A stretch of 64,000 nt of DNA from Nitrospirota bacterium (GTDB taxonomy: Bacteria > Nitrospirota > Thermodesulfovibrionia > Thermodesulfovibrionales > UBA9159). The notes under the pieces are model-generated. The model worked only from the letters and a program-made list of their open reading frames with translations, made no database searches and was not told the origin of the DNA. The stretch is taken from the NCBI GenBank assembly GCA_023475105.1, contig JAMCWJ010000094.1, positions 20,724 through 84,723 on the forward strand. Reading direction: 5' to 3'. This document shows positions 28,009 through 37,176 of this stretch, one piece after another. Position 1 is the stretch's first letter. Each line of letters starts with the position of its first letter. Made by a program: the position numbers and the translations under genes.

Positions 28009-30531
28009 TCAAAATTGGACTCTTTTGTAAAATACCTTTTTTGCCGCTTCAGCTGCAGCGATATAGGTCCCCACAATGACTCCCATAAGAACAAGAAAAG
28101 AGATTGGTAATGGGGTGAATCCAAAGAGCCTTTCTCCCATTGGAAGGAAAGGCAAAATCAGCGCAACGCCGACGATCAGCAGTGTCGCTATGAACAGGGA
28201 TTTCCCGGGTCTGCTTTTGAAGAAGGGGCCCCTTGTGCGAACGACGAGCACCACCAGCGATGCCGAGATGACAGACTCCACAAACCAGCCGGTCCTGAAT
28301 TCCTCCGGAGAGGCATGGAGAAGAAATAACAATACGCCGAAAGTGAGATAGTCGAAGATGGAACTTAAGAGACCGAAGGTCATCATAAAGTTCCGAATAA
28401 ATCTCATGTTCCACCGTCGCGGGCTCTCAACCAGCTCTTTGTCCACATTGTCTGCGGCAATGGCCATCTCAGGAAAATCCGTCATTAAATTGGTAAGCAG
28501 GATCTGCTTGGGCAGGAGAGGAAGAAAAGGAAGAAAAAGAGAGGCCCCTGCCATGCTGAACATATTGCCGAAATTGGCGCTTGTCGCCATGAATACGTAC
28601 TTGAGGGTATTGGCAAAGGTCATCCTCCCTTCCCGTACTCCCTGCGCAAGGACTCCAAGGTCTTTTTCGAGCAGCACAATATCAGCCGCATCCTTGGCAA
28701 CATCAACAGCGCTATCTACGGATATGCCTACATCGGCAGTATGGAGGGCCGATGCGTCGTTTATGCCGTCTCCCATATAACCAACGACGTTCTTTGCCTT
28801 TTTCAAGGCAAGGATGATACGTTCTTTCTGATTGGGTTCGAACTCTGCGAAAACATTCACTTCATTTACCTTTTTAAGCAACGCCTCATCGCTCATCAGC
28901 CGGAGATCCGGACCCGTGAGGATTCCTGAGTCCAATAGCCCAACCTGTTGTCCGACATGGGCAGCGACCAGACGATTATCCCCGGTGATTATTTTCAGTG
29001 AAACGCCGAGGCGTTTGAGGTCGGCTATGGTCTCGGCAATGCTTGCTTTGACAGGATCGAAAAGCACAAGGAATCCTAAGAACGTCATGCCGGCTTCGTG
29101 GTCTTTCGTGATACGCGAGGTAGTGCCCAGGTCCCGGTACGCAATCCCCATTGTGCGAAAGCCCTGGCTGCTAAATTCTTCAAAATGGGATTGCACCTTC
29201 TCCTTTATTGCAGCGATATCCACAACCGTCCCGCCGGAAGTTTCTGCTGTTGAACAGACGGCGAGTACATTCTGTAACGCTCCTTTCGTGATCATAAAAT
29301 GTGTGTTGCCATGAGAGGCCAGGATGCTTAACCGTTTGCGAACAAAATCGTAAGGCTCTTCGTCAAGCTTCTGGTAGCCCGAGACATCAAACGTCCGATA
29401 GGTGCGTATTGCTTCATCAATCGGGTTTGTAAACCCCGTTTCGTAAAAAGAATTGAGATAGGCATAGAGCAGGACTTTTTCGCTTTCAGCGCCCTCGATG
29501 TCAAGAGTGGAGCGGACGTGCACCACCCCTTCGGTCAGAGTGCCGGTTTTATCAGAGCACAGGACGTTCATACTGCCGAAGTTCTCGATAGAGGCGAGGC
29601 GTTTCACGATTACCTTCTTGAGCGCCATGCCTTTTGCGCCGTGGGCAAGGTTGACCATGATAATGGCCGGCAAAAGTTGCGGGGTCAATCCGACGGCGAG
29701 TGCCAGCGCAAAAAGAAATGAGTCCAGGACAGGGCGGGCCAGGTATACGTTGAAGGCAAAAATGGCAATTACCAGCAGTAGCGTCACTTCCATAAGGAGG
29801 TAGCCGAATTGCCTCACCCCGCGCTCAAATTCCGTCTCCGGAGGTCTGAGCGCAAGCTGTTCAGAGACCTTGCCGAATTCGGTTTCCCTTCCTGTATGTA
29901 CCACCACTGCGCTTGCGCTGCCGCTGACCACGTGCGTTCCCATAAAAAGAGTGTTGGTTCTTTGGGCGAGCGGAGTTTCCTCCGGCAGTACCCCGGGTAT
30001 TTTATCTTGAGGGTAGGTCTCGCCTGTCAGAGACGCCTCATCCACAAAGAGATTTTTCGATTCGAGGACCAGACAGTCTCCCGGAATGACATCACCGGCG
30101 TTGAATGTGACGACATCTCCAGGCACTATCTCATCAACGGGAATATCCTGCAGAACGTCATCGCGCATGACCGCAGCCTTGATCTGTACGATCGACAGCA
30201 ACTTGTCGATTGCATTCGTCGCCCCTCTTTCCTGCCAGAAGCCGAGGAGCCCGCTTACGAGAACAATTGCAGAGATGATAACGGCGTCCACAGGGTTGCG
30301 GAGGAAAAATGACAACACTGAGGCAAATATCAGGATCAGGATGATCGGGCTTTTGAATTGAGAAAGGAGGAGAGAGAGTGCATTCGCTCTCTTCTTGGGC
30401 TTGAGGAGATTGGCCCCATACTGCGTGAGGCGCCGGTGGGCCTCTTCGCTCGTCAATCCCTGAGCGGTTGCCTGTAACTGCTGAAGAAGTTCAGCAGCGG
30501 GAATGCTCCAAAAGGACTGTTGATTATCCAA
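28009..30531 (-). CDS. mgtA: Magnesium-translocating P-type ATPase
   Basis: LTGET, VGLTPQLLP, DKTGTLT, TKGA, GDGINDA, SANFGNMFS, TGWFVES. Confidence 0.93.
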   Translation of the reverse strand: MDNQQSFWSIPAAELLQQLQATAQGLTSEEAHRRLTQYGANLLKPKKRANALSLLLSQFKSPIILILIFASVLSFFLRNPVDAVIISAIVLVSGLLGFWQERGATNAIDKLLSIVQIKAAVMRDDVLQDIPVDEIVPGDVVTFNAGDVIPGDCLVLESKNLFVDEASLTGETYPQDKIPGVLPEETPLAQRTNTLFMGTHVVSGSASAVVVHTGRETEFGKVSEQLALRPPETEFERGVRQFGYLLMEVTLLLVIAIFAFNVYLARPVLDSFLFALALAVGLTPQLLPAIIMVNLAHGAKGMALKKVIVKRLASIENFGSMNVLCSDKTGTLTEGVVHVRSTLDIEGAESEKVLLYAYLNSFYETGFTNPIDEAIRTYRTFDVSGYQKLDEEPYDFVRKRLSILASHGNTHFMITKGALQNVLAVCSTAETSGGTVVDIAAIKEKVQSHFEEFSSQGFRTMGIAYRDLGTTSRITKDHEAGMTFLGFLVLFDPVKASIAETIADLKRLGVSLKIITGDNRLVAAHVGQQVGLLDSGILTGPDLRLMSDEALLKKVNEVNVFAEFEPNQKERIILALKKAKNVVGYMGDGINDASALHTADVGISVDSAVDVAKDAADIVLLEKDLGVLAQGVREGRMTFANTLKYVFMATSANFGNMFSMAGASLFLPFLPLLPKQILLTNLMTDFPEMAIAADNVDKELVESPRRWNMRFIRNFMMTFGLLSSIFDYLTFGVLLFLLHASPEEFRTGWFVESVISASLVVLVVRTRGPFFKSRPGKSLFIATLLIVGVALILPFLPMGERLFGFTPLPISFLVLMGVIVGTYIAAAEAAKKVFYKRVQF

Positions 30532-30669
30532 GGTTATGTTTCACCCGGCACTGAACAAACAACAACACTATAAACCCTTTCTGATTAATTTTCACCTTTT
30601 TAATGGGACTTTAAACTCCAGCTTTCGGTAATGTCCGCCGCGCGGTCCGCGTCGTTTCATTTGGGAGAC

Positions 30670-30792
30670 TCATCTTCCCGCCCCCAAGCAGCAGCCCAAA
30701 CGTCACCAGCGGCGGCAATAACGCCACCTCCACCATCACGCCGATCAACGTCGCCGACACACCCGTCGCAAACGCCAGCGCGGCGGCGCAGC
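30670..30792 (-). pseudogene. Fragment of a DUF389/TIGR00341-like membrane protein
   Basis: AALAFATGVSATLIGVMVEVALLPPLVTFGLLLG. Confidence 0.55.
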
Positions 30793-31068
30793 CCGACGCC
30801 TGGCCTGCACGAGGTCATCTACCTTCTTGCGGAAGGCGGGATCGGCTGACACGCGCTGGAGCCGGTCACGGGAGACCGTCTGCAGGACGGCCCAGGGGTT
30901 GTACGTGAGATCCCACAGCGCGGGATCAAGCCGCCGCCATACTTCGTCGGCAGCGTGATTCCATGACCAGCGCATATCCGGGGCGAGTTCGGCCAGGGAA
31001 TCGAATCCCTCGATGTCCGTCGGCAAAGGACTGTAGACCGGCTTGCTGACAGGTGTCTGTTTGTTCAT
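30790..31068 (-). pseudogene. glgP: N-terminal fragment of alpha-glucan (glycogen) phosphorylase
   Basis: LAELAPDMRWSWNH...LDPALWDLTYNPWAVLQ; truncated after about 93 aa; AGGAG RBS. Confidence 0.75.
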
Positions 31069-31095
31069 AGTTTCTCCTTTACCCGCCGGGCAGTT

Positions 31096-31563
31096 TTACT
31101 GCCCCTCGTGCAAAGGTCCCGGCTCTTTTTTCACCAGGAGAACCGAACAGGGCATCTTACGAATAATCTCTTCGTTGCTTCGTCCGAAAAGGAAGTGCTC
31201 CAGATGCCCCTCCTCATGGGCGAGCATGACGACGAGATCTATCTTTTCGTCCCTGACTGTTTTGAAGATTTCCTTCTCAGGATCACCTTCTTTAACCAAT
31301 TCCTTTATGGACATTCCCTTCTTTTTCTCCGAGTTTATCATTGTGTGAAGTTCTTCCCTCGACTCCTTCAAAAGCTTCTTGTACTCCACATGCAGTGAAG
31401 GCATGGGAAGGTTCCACCCCCCAAAAGTGAAAGGGTCATGAACCACATGGATAACATAAAGTTCCGCTCCATATTTCCTGGAGAGCGAAACTCCATAATG
31501 AACAGCTTTTCTGCAGTATTGAGTGTCCCTGCTCACAACGAGAATCCGTTTAACATCTTCCAT
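31096..31563 (-). CDS. Universal stress protein
   Basis: KRILVV...IHVV...KEGDP...IDLVVM...IIRKMPCSVLLVK. Confidence 0.88.
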   Translation of the reverse strand: MEDVKRILVVSRDTQYCRKAVHYGVSLSRKYGAELYVIHVVHDPFTFGGWNLPMPSLHVEYKKLLKESREELHTMINSEKKKGMSIKELVKEGDPEKEIFKTVRDEKIDLVVMLAHEEGHLEHFLFGRSNEEIIRKMPCSVLLVKKEPGPLHEGQ

Positions 31564-31682
31564 GACTGACCTCCTTATAGTTGAAGCGATTTCCTTTTGG
31601 TTCTTCTCCTTTGCTTTCAACAAAGGAGTTTCTCAAAGATCTTCCGTAAATGAAACCCGCAGATCGCAGGCGTAATGGCCCG

Positions 31683-32075
31683 CTACTTCTGAAAGTACTT
31701 CCGGACTTTCGCCGCAATCTGACGGTCCGTCATCTTGTCGACTGTCTCAACACCTACGATTCGTCCTCCGAGATTGTTTCTTTTAAGACGTTTCTTGAGC
31801 TCGCCCTTTGCGTCGCCAGGACCGAATATCAGAATAGATTCTGCATTACGAATACTCGCAACTACCGCATCGTAGTAAATGTTGAGGTGTCCCGTTAACG
31901 TTCTCCGGCGGCTGTCACTTGCCGGTACCTGCAGCGGGTCATAGGACCCCTTAAGAGGGGAATCACCGGAACGGCGGGGCTGCTTTTCGGCCTGCGATAT
32001 TACCAGTGCTGTCTCTTCTCCTTTTTCCGTAATAAGCCCGGCTTCAAGAGCTTCCTGCAGTGTTTGCTCTGTCAT
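31683..32075 (-). CDS. eRF1-domain/host-attachment-like protein, N-terminus apparently atypical
   Basis: YYDAVV...AESILIFGPGDAKGELKKRL...VETVDKMTDRQIAAKVRKYF. Confidence 0.6.
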   Translation of the reverse strand: MTEQTLQEALEAGLITEKGEETALVISQAEKQPRRSGDSPLKGSYDPLQVPASDSRRRTLTGHLNIYYDAVVASIRNAESILIFGPGDAKGELKKRLKRNNLGGRIVGVETVDKMTDRQIAAKVRKYFQK

Positions 32076-32356
32076 TTAACATGGTCCCCTTCTTGTGGAG
32101 ACTCGTCTATCAAGGTATCGAGCACTACATCAAATACATTTTCTCCCCTTGCTTTCATGTCGCTGAGGAATAGCTTTATTTCTTCCTCAGCTTGCTCTCT
32201 CGTGTACCCGTATTTTTCTTGCAGGAGGCCCGGTAGCTGATCCAGTCTCCCATCGACCGTATCAAGCAAGGTCCTTGCCAGTGAGCACTCCCCATCGCTG
32301 TTTTACTGCATCTCCTAATGTTTCAACTTGTCCTGCAGCACGCCTTCATTCATCAT
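32072..32356 (-). pseudogene. CsbD family stress protein, frameshifted
   Basis: MNEGVLQDKLK / VKQRWGVLTGKDL / DTVDGRLDQLPGLLQEKYGYTREQAEEEI, spread across two frameshifts. Confidence 0.75.
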
Positions 32357-32420
32357 TTTATCTCTCCATTTATGAACCCTCTTTACAGAATGCCCAGCGG
32401 CTTGTCGCGTAGAAGCATCA

Positions 32421-32753
32421 CTATTTCTTTTCTATCCTCAGGAGGCTCTTCACGGATTTCACACCCCTGATTTCCTTGATCTTTCCAATAAGCCGTTCCT
32501 CGGTATTTCTGTTGTTCACAAAACCCTGGAGAACAACATCTCCCTGTGTTGTCGTGACATCGATCTTGAAATAATGAGCATCCGGGTCTTTAACGATTAC
32601 CGCATTAACTTTTGTAGTGATCGTCGAGTCGTCGATATATTCACCCGTTGTTTCTCCCTTCATTGTGGCGCAGCCGGAAAACAAGGCTACTCCGAAAACC
32701 AATAATACTGTCATAAAAATAACCTTCTGGCTTAAGCCCCTACTCTTAGTCAT
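32421..32753 (-). CDS. BON domain lipoprotein (OsmY-like)
   Basis: FSGC lipobox, GEYIDDSTITTKV, IDVTTTQGDVVLQGFV, GVKSV. Confidence 0.88.
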   Translation of the reverse strand: MTKSRGLSQKVIFMTVLLVFGVALFSGCATMKGETTGEYIDDSTITTKVNAVIVKDPDAHYFKIDVTTTQGDVVLQGFVNNRNTEERLIGKIKEIRGVKSVKSLLRIEKK

Positions 32754-32811
32754 TTCTCTCCTCCTTTCTTGAGATGTGCAATCATCCGATAAGGCTTTAA
32801 CTTTCTTACCG

Positions 32812-32961
32812 TCAGAATGGTTTGCGCCCCTGAATGATCCTGATCAGCACAACAACGATTGCGATAACTAGCAGGACATGAATGAACCCGCCAATCGTGT
32901 AACCGCTCACCAGCCCCAACAGCCAGAGTATCACGAGTACTACAAAAATCGTCCAAAGCAT
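32812..32961 (-). CDS. lmo0937-family small membrane protein (49 aa; absent from the ORF track)
   Basis: MLWTIFVVLVILWLLGLVSGYTIGGFIHVLLVIAIVVVLIRIIQGRKPF; GGAGG RBS. Confidence 0.85.
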   Translation of the reverse strand: MLWTIFVVLVILWLLGLVSGYTIGGFIHVLLVIAIVVVLIRIIQGRKPF

Positions 32962-33152
32962 TCATTCCCTCCTTCCGGCAACAAGGGTGCCTGTTTGTAT
33001 CATGTCATTAATTAAATTGTATCCTCTTTTGAGGTGATGTCAAAATCAGGACTTTCTCGCCGGACAATTTTCAAAGACAGTTAAATTGACTCAAACTTTC
33101 AACCGCAAGGGATTATACTTCAAATGCAGTCTTTTGATAGCTTGACAGTCGT

Positions 33153-33181
33153 TTGACGTGTACACCCTTGTGTGATACCTT
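33153..33181 (+). promoter_or_regulatory. Putative sigma70 promoter
   Basis: TTGACG-N17-TACCTT upstream of the AsmA-like gene. Confidence 0.4.
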
Positions 33182-33268
33182 AAAATCAAGATTTACAAAT
33201 TCAATGGAGGCTCAACTGCGCAGGGAGGGCCAGAACTTTTTGTGGCCGGACAGTATGGTATTCCTCTC

Positions 33269-34936
33269 ATGAATGCGAAGAAGAAAGTCCTTCTTATCTT
33301 TGGCGCCGCCGCCGCAGCCCTTGTTCTGGCTGCAGTCATTTTCGCCCTCACCTTCGACATAAATTCCTACAGGTCCCGCATCGAGGCTGCTGCCTCCGGG
33401 GCGACCGGCCTGGAGGTCAGGATTGATGGGAAGATGGGGCTCTCTTTCTTTCCCTTTGGCGTATCGGCTAAGGATATCCACATCGCCAACAAGGGAGGCG
33501 AAATCCTTTCCCTCGAAATCCTCAAACTGGGGGCTGAGTTGATGCCCCTGCTGAAGAAGCAACTCAAAGTTACCAGGTGCGAGCTTGTCAAACCTGCCCT
33601 TACCATCGTGAAGAACGCCGATGGGAAATATAATTTCGAAAGCACTGAAAAGAAATCGACTAAAGGGCAGCCTGGAGCAGCCTTCAGCTTGAATGAGCTC
33701 AAGCTGTTTAAAGGGGTACTTGCCTATCTCGACAAGAAAACGGGGGAAAAGACGGAGTTCAAAGATTTCAATCTGGCAATCAAGGACCTCACGATAGAAG
33801 ATACCGCAGCGGACATCATGAAGAACGTCTCGTTCACAGGAAGCTTCGACTGCGCGGAGGTGCTGCAAAAGGACTTCAGAATCGAGAATCTCAAGGCCCC
33901 TGTGAAGGCGGTTAAGGGGATATATAATTTCGAACCACTTACCATCGGGGCCCTCCTCTTCTTTGACAAGAAGGCTGGTGAAAAAACCGAGTTGAAAGAA
34001 ATCAGTCTGGCCATCAAGGACCTTTCGGTAGTGGATACCTCAGGGGTCATTATAAAGAACATCTCATTCACGGGAACCATGGACTGCAAGGAGGTGCGGA
34101 AAAAGGACCTCAAGATCGACAACGTCAAGAGTCCTGTAAAAGTGGTGAGGGGGGTAATCTACCTCATACCCCTTACCATGGACATCTTCGGCGCGAAGGG
34201 TGAAGGAGATGCCACAGCAGACAAGTCGGAAGTCGATGCTGTGTATAGAATCAATTTGAAGGTATTGAAGCTGGACTTCGCAAAACTCCAGGAGTCCTTC
34301 GGCACAAAAAAGGTTATCGGCGGGAAGGGCGATCTCTATGCTTCCCTGACGATCAAAGAAGAAGGAAGCCGCAATCTGATGAGGGGCATGGACGGTACTT
34401 TTTCTCTCCGAGGTGATAATCTCGTCATGTATACTATGGACCTCGACAAGGTCCTCTCATCGTATGAAACGAGCCAGGAGTTCAACCTCGTCGACCTCGG
34501 CGCCTTCTTCATCGCCGGCCCTCTCGGTACTGCTGCGATCAAAGGGTACCGCTATGGGGACGTTTACAGCCAGACCCGGGGAGGGCGGGGCACCATCACA
34601 CAGTTCATCTCCCACTGGAAGATCAAGGACGGTGTTGCGGACGCTGCGGACTGCGCCCTTGCGACGCGCCATAATCGGGTTGCACTTAAGGGCAAGCTCA
34701 ATCTTGTGAGCGGACGATATGACAATGTAATAGTGGCGCTTCTCGATGAGAAGGGATGCGCAAAATTCAAACAAGGCATCAGCGGTCCCTTCGGCAGTCC
34801 CCAAATCGGCGCGGTGAGCGCGGTCGAGTCCCTTGGCGGCCCAATCTCCAGTCTTTACAGGAAGGCAAAACGCTTTGTCCGGGGCGGCAAATGCGAGGTC
34901 TTTTATAGCGGCGCCGTACATCAACCTTCAAAATGA
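33269..34936 (+). CDS. AsmA family protein with internal 78-aa tandem duplication
   Basis: N-terminal TM, FDINSYRSRIE, ELMPLLKKQ, DGKYNF; C-terminal ISGPFGSP. Confidence 0.8.
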   Translation: MNAKKKVLLIFGAAAAALVLAAVIFALTFDINSYRSRIEAAASGATGLEVRIDGKMGLSFFPFGVSAKDIHIANKGGEILSLEILKLGAELMPLLKKQLKVTRCELVKPALTIVKNADGKYNFESTEKKSTKGQPGAAFSLNELKLFKGVLAYLDKKTGEKTEFKDFNLAIKDLTIEDTAADIMKNVSFTGSFDCAEVLQKDFRIENLKAPVKAVKGIYNFEPLTIGALLFFDKKAGEKTELKEISLAIKDLSVVDTSGVIIKNISFTGTMDCKEVRKKDLKIDNVKSPVKVVRGVIYLIPLTMDIFGAKGEGDATADKSEVDAVYRINLKVLKLDFAKLQESFGTKKVIGGKGDLYASLTIKEEGSRNLMRGMDGTFSLRGDNLVMYTMDLDKVLSSYETSQEFNLVDLGAFFIAGPLGTAAIKGYRYGDVYSQTRGGRGTITQFISHWKIKDGVADAADCALATRHNRVALKGKLNLVSGRYDNVIVALLDEKGCAKFKQGISGPFGSPQIGAVSAVESLGGPISSLYRKAKRFVRGGKCEVFYSGAVHQPSK

Positions 34937-35072
34937 TTCCCTCCTTGTGATTAGCTTTGTTCTTGTTGCTCGTTCCGGATTTGCCTCAAATGTGCCTTCT
35001 TTGCGTGCAGCGTCATGAACAGGAAGAATTTTGGAAGGTTTCCGATCTTATGCATCTGATTCACATTTACAG

Positions 35073-35215
35073 TACTCAGGTTGATAGACTGAAGGCTGAA
35101 GACTGTAAGTAATATATAATGTCACAGCAAAAAGTTCAGGACAATTGAATCTTGTGACTAAGTATTGCTTTATTGAATAACCTTCAGTCTTCAGCCTAAA
35201 CACCTGAGTAGTTAC
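35073..35215. mobile_element. MITE-like element with terminal inverted repeats
   Basis: TACTCAGGT/ACCTGAGTA and AGGCTGAAGACTG/CAGTCTTCAGCCT nested inverted repeats around an AT-rich non-coding core. Confidence 0.55.
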
Positions 35216-35225
35216 TTTCAATGTT

Positions 35226-36617
35226 TTACAACCAATGGGCAAATAAATGCGCAAACCACTCCCCGAGCCTGTCTGCCAAGGGTCTTTCTTTCCACTCTTC
35301 CCATTTAATCTGATCGGACTCTGCAAGGTCCCCGGAAAACATCTTCTCCATTTCGGCGGCAAACTCGCGGCTCAGGACAACCGAATTTACCTCATCATCG
35401 CTTAAAAAGCTCCAGAAGTCCATGTTGGTTGAACCGACCGTGGACCAGACTTCGTCAATGACCGCAGTTTTAGCGTGCAGCAGGGCGTTTCGGCGTTCGT
35501 ATATCTTCACCCCCGCTTTCAAAAGCCCGGAATAATTATACCGCTGTGCCCGTAACGCCATTTTCGAATCGGTTATTGAGGGAACAATAATCTTTACGTC
35601 AACACCACGCTTTGATGCATCAGTGAAGGCCGTGAGTATCTGCTCATCGGGGATAAAATAAGCATTCATAAGATGCACGGAATGCTCTGCAAAAGTGATG
35701 GCGGACACATAGACAATAAAAGTGATTCTGTTGTCCTGTCCCGGCGTGCTGCCGACCACCCGCACCAGTGCATTCCCCACTTCTTTCGGCTCAGGGAAAT
35801 AGTTTCTCCCCGAGAGTTCCGGGCCATTTTGCTTCTGCCAGGTGTCAAAAAAGAGCTTTTGGAATTCAGCCACGGCAGGGCCTTCAATTTGAACGTCGGT
35901 GTCACGCCATGGCAGCGGCGCTCCTTCCACTTGTCTCCTTCCGGAAAGCCTGCTCGAATAAACCGAACTGATGTTGATACCCCCTGAAATGGCGACTTTG
36001 CCGTCGATGATCAAAATCTTGCGATGGTCCGGATGCGCCAGGAGCCAGTGCCCGTGGGCCTTGAACGGATTTACCGGATTGAATTCGACCACCTGAATTC
36101 CCGCGTCCCGCAGGCGCTGGAAAAAAAGAGCAGGGGTACTGTAACTGCCCATGCTGTCATAGATGAGATTTACCTGGACACCTTCCGCCTGTTTCTGCAG
36201 CAGCAGTTCGGAAAATTTGCGGCCCACTTCGTCATCTTCAATGATAAAGGTTTCAAGGTTGATATGGTCTTTGGCGTTCTGTATCGCTTTGAACATGGCA
36301 GCATAGGCGGCCTGACCATCGGCGAGCAGAGTGACTTTGTTCCCCTTCGTCAGAGGGCTTTCGGTGACCGATTCTACAACGGCGGTGTGGCGTTCCAGGA
36401 TGTCCGTCGGGTCGACAGAGCTCTTCAGTCGTTCCATGATAACCTTGCTTTTCTCGGGAGATAACAGTCCTTTGGAAGAAACGATTTGACGAGGCTTCTC
36501 TCCAGTCGGCGCCTCATCAATCATTTCAGAGACGTTCGGCAAGGTCGCGCATCCATTGCTGAGGCCCAAGATGAATACGAATAGAAAGAACAAAAAGAAA
36601 GGCTTGACGGTTATCAT
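35226..36617 (-). CDS. cls: Cardiolipin synthase (phospholipase D family), lipoprotein-like N-terminus
   Basis: Two HKD motifs HRKILIID and HAKTAVID, GSTNMD, WRDT. Confidence 0.9.
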   Translation of the reverse strand: MITVKPFFLFFLFVFILGLSNGCATLPNVSEMIDEAPTGEKPRQIVSSKGLLSPEKSKVIMERLKSSVDPTDILERHTAVVESVTESPLTKGNKVTLLADGQAAYAAMFKAIQNAKDHINLETFIIEDDEVGRKFSELLLQKQAEGVQVNLIYDSMGSYSTPALFFQRLRDAGIQVVEFNPVNPFKAHGHWLLAHPDHRKILIIDGKVAISGGINISSVYSSRLSGRRQVEGAPLPWRDTDVQIEGPAVAEFQKLFFDTWQKQNGPELSGRNYFPEPKEVGNALVRVVGSTPGQDNRITFIVYVSAITFAEHSVHLMNAYFIPDEQILTAFTDASKRGVDVKIIVPSITDSKMALRAQRYNYSGLLKAGVKIYERRNALLHAKTAVIDEVWSTVGSTNMDFWSFLSDDEVNSVVLSREFAAEMEKMFSGDLAESDQIKWEEWKERPLADRLGEWFAHLFAHWL

Positions 36618-36694
36618 ATGTTATTTTACCATAGAATAAAGAATATCATGTTTTTAGTTGAATCTAATAATCTCAAAATAGTAGCAACGTCGCG

Positions 36695-36777
36695 GTCATC
36701 GCCGCAGTGTGTTGAGCGGGAATCCACAGGTCTTAAAACTCTGTCCTGGATGACCGATTAAAGACTTGGGGCATGAC
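36695..36777. repeat. Degenerate GTCAT...GCGGGAATCCA...ATGAC palindromic repeat unit
   Basis: GTCAT/ATGAC ends and TCCA/TGGA inner arms; resembles the widespread GTCATTCCCGC-type intergenic repeats. Confidence 0.45.
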
Positions 36778-36911
36778 AGACAAAGACTAACGAATGTCCA
36801 TTCTATTATGAGGCTGTTAATAATTTCTCACGTCCGGCTTGTCCGGGTTTGGCACTATTAATCAATGATTTTTGGTGGTAGACTCTTCTAAAAAAGGGGA
36901 GTGATCGGGGA

Positions 36912-37154
36912 ATGGAAGAAACGGCGTCTTTCGAATTCAGACAGTGCGTGAGCATACACAAGTCCACCGGAAAAAAGGCGGGGGAAGCGGAGGCCCGACG
37001 ATTCTTATCAGGCTTCCTTCCGCACCTGAGCGAGGCCTGCATCGGCTCCATCAGCGAGATCTTTGATGCCGAGCCGCCGTACACGCCGCGCGGTTGCGTG
37101 GCGCAGGCGTGGAGTGTGGCGGAAGTGCTGCGCTGCTGGGTGAAAACCGCGTGA
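36912..37154 (+). pseudogene. In-frame chimera: DUF5752-like N-terminus fused to glycogen debranching enzyme (amylo-alpha-1,6-glucosidase) C-terminus
   Basis: [23 protein letters not shown] followed by [37 protein letters not shown]. Confidence 0.7.
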
Positions 37155-37176
37155 TATTGCAAAAGGAGTGCTATTG

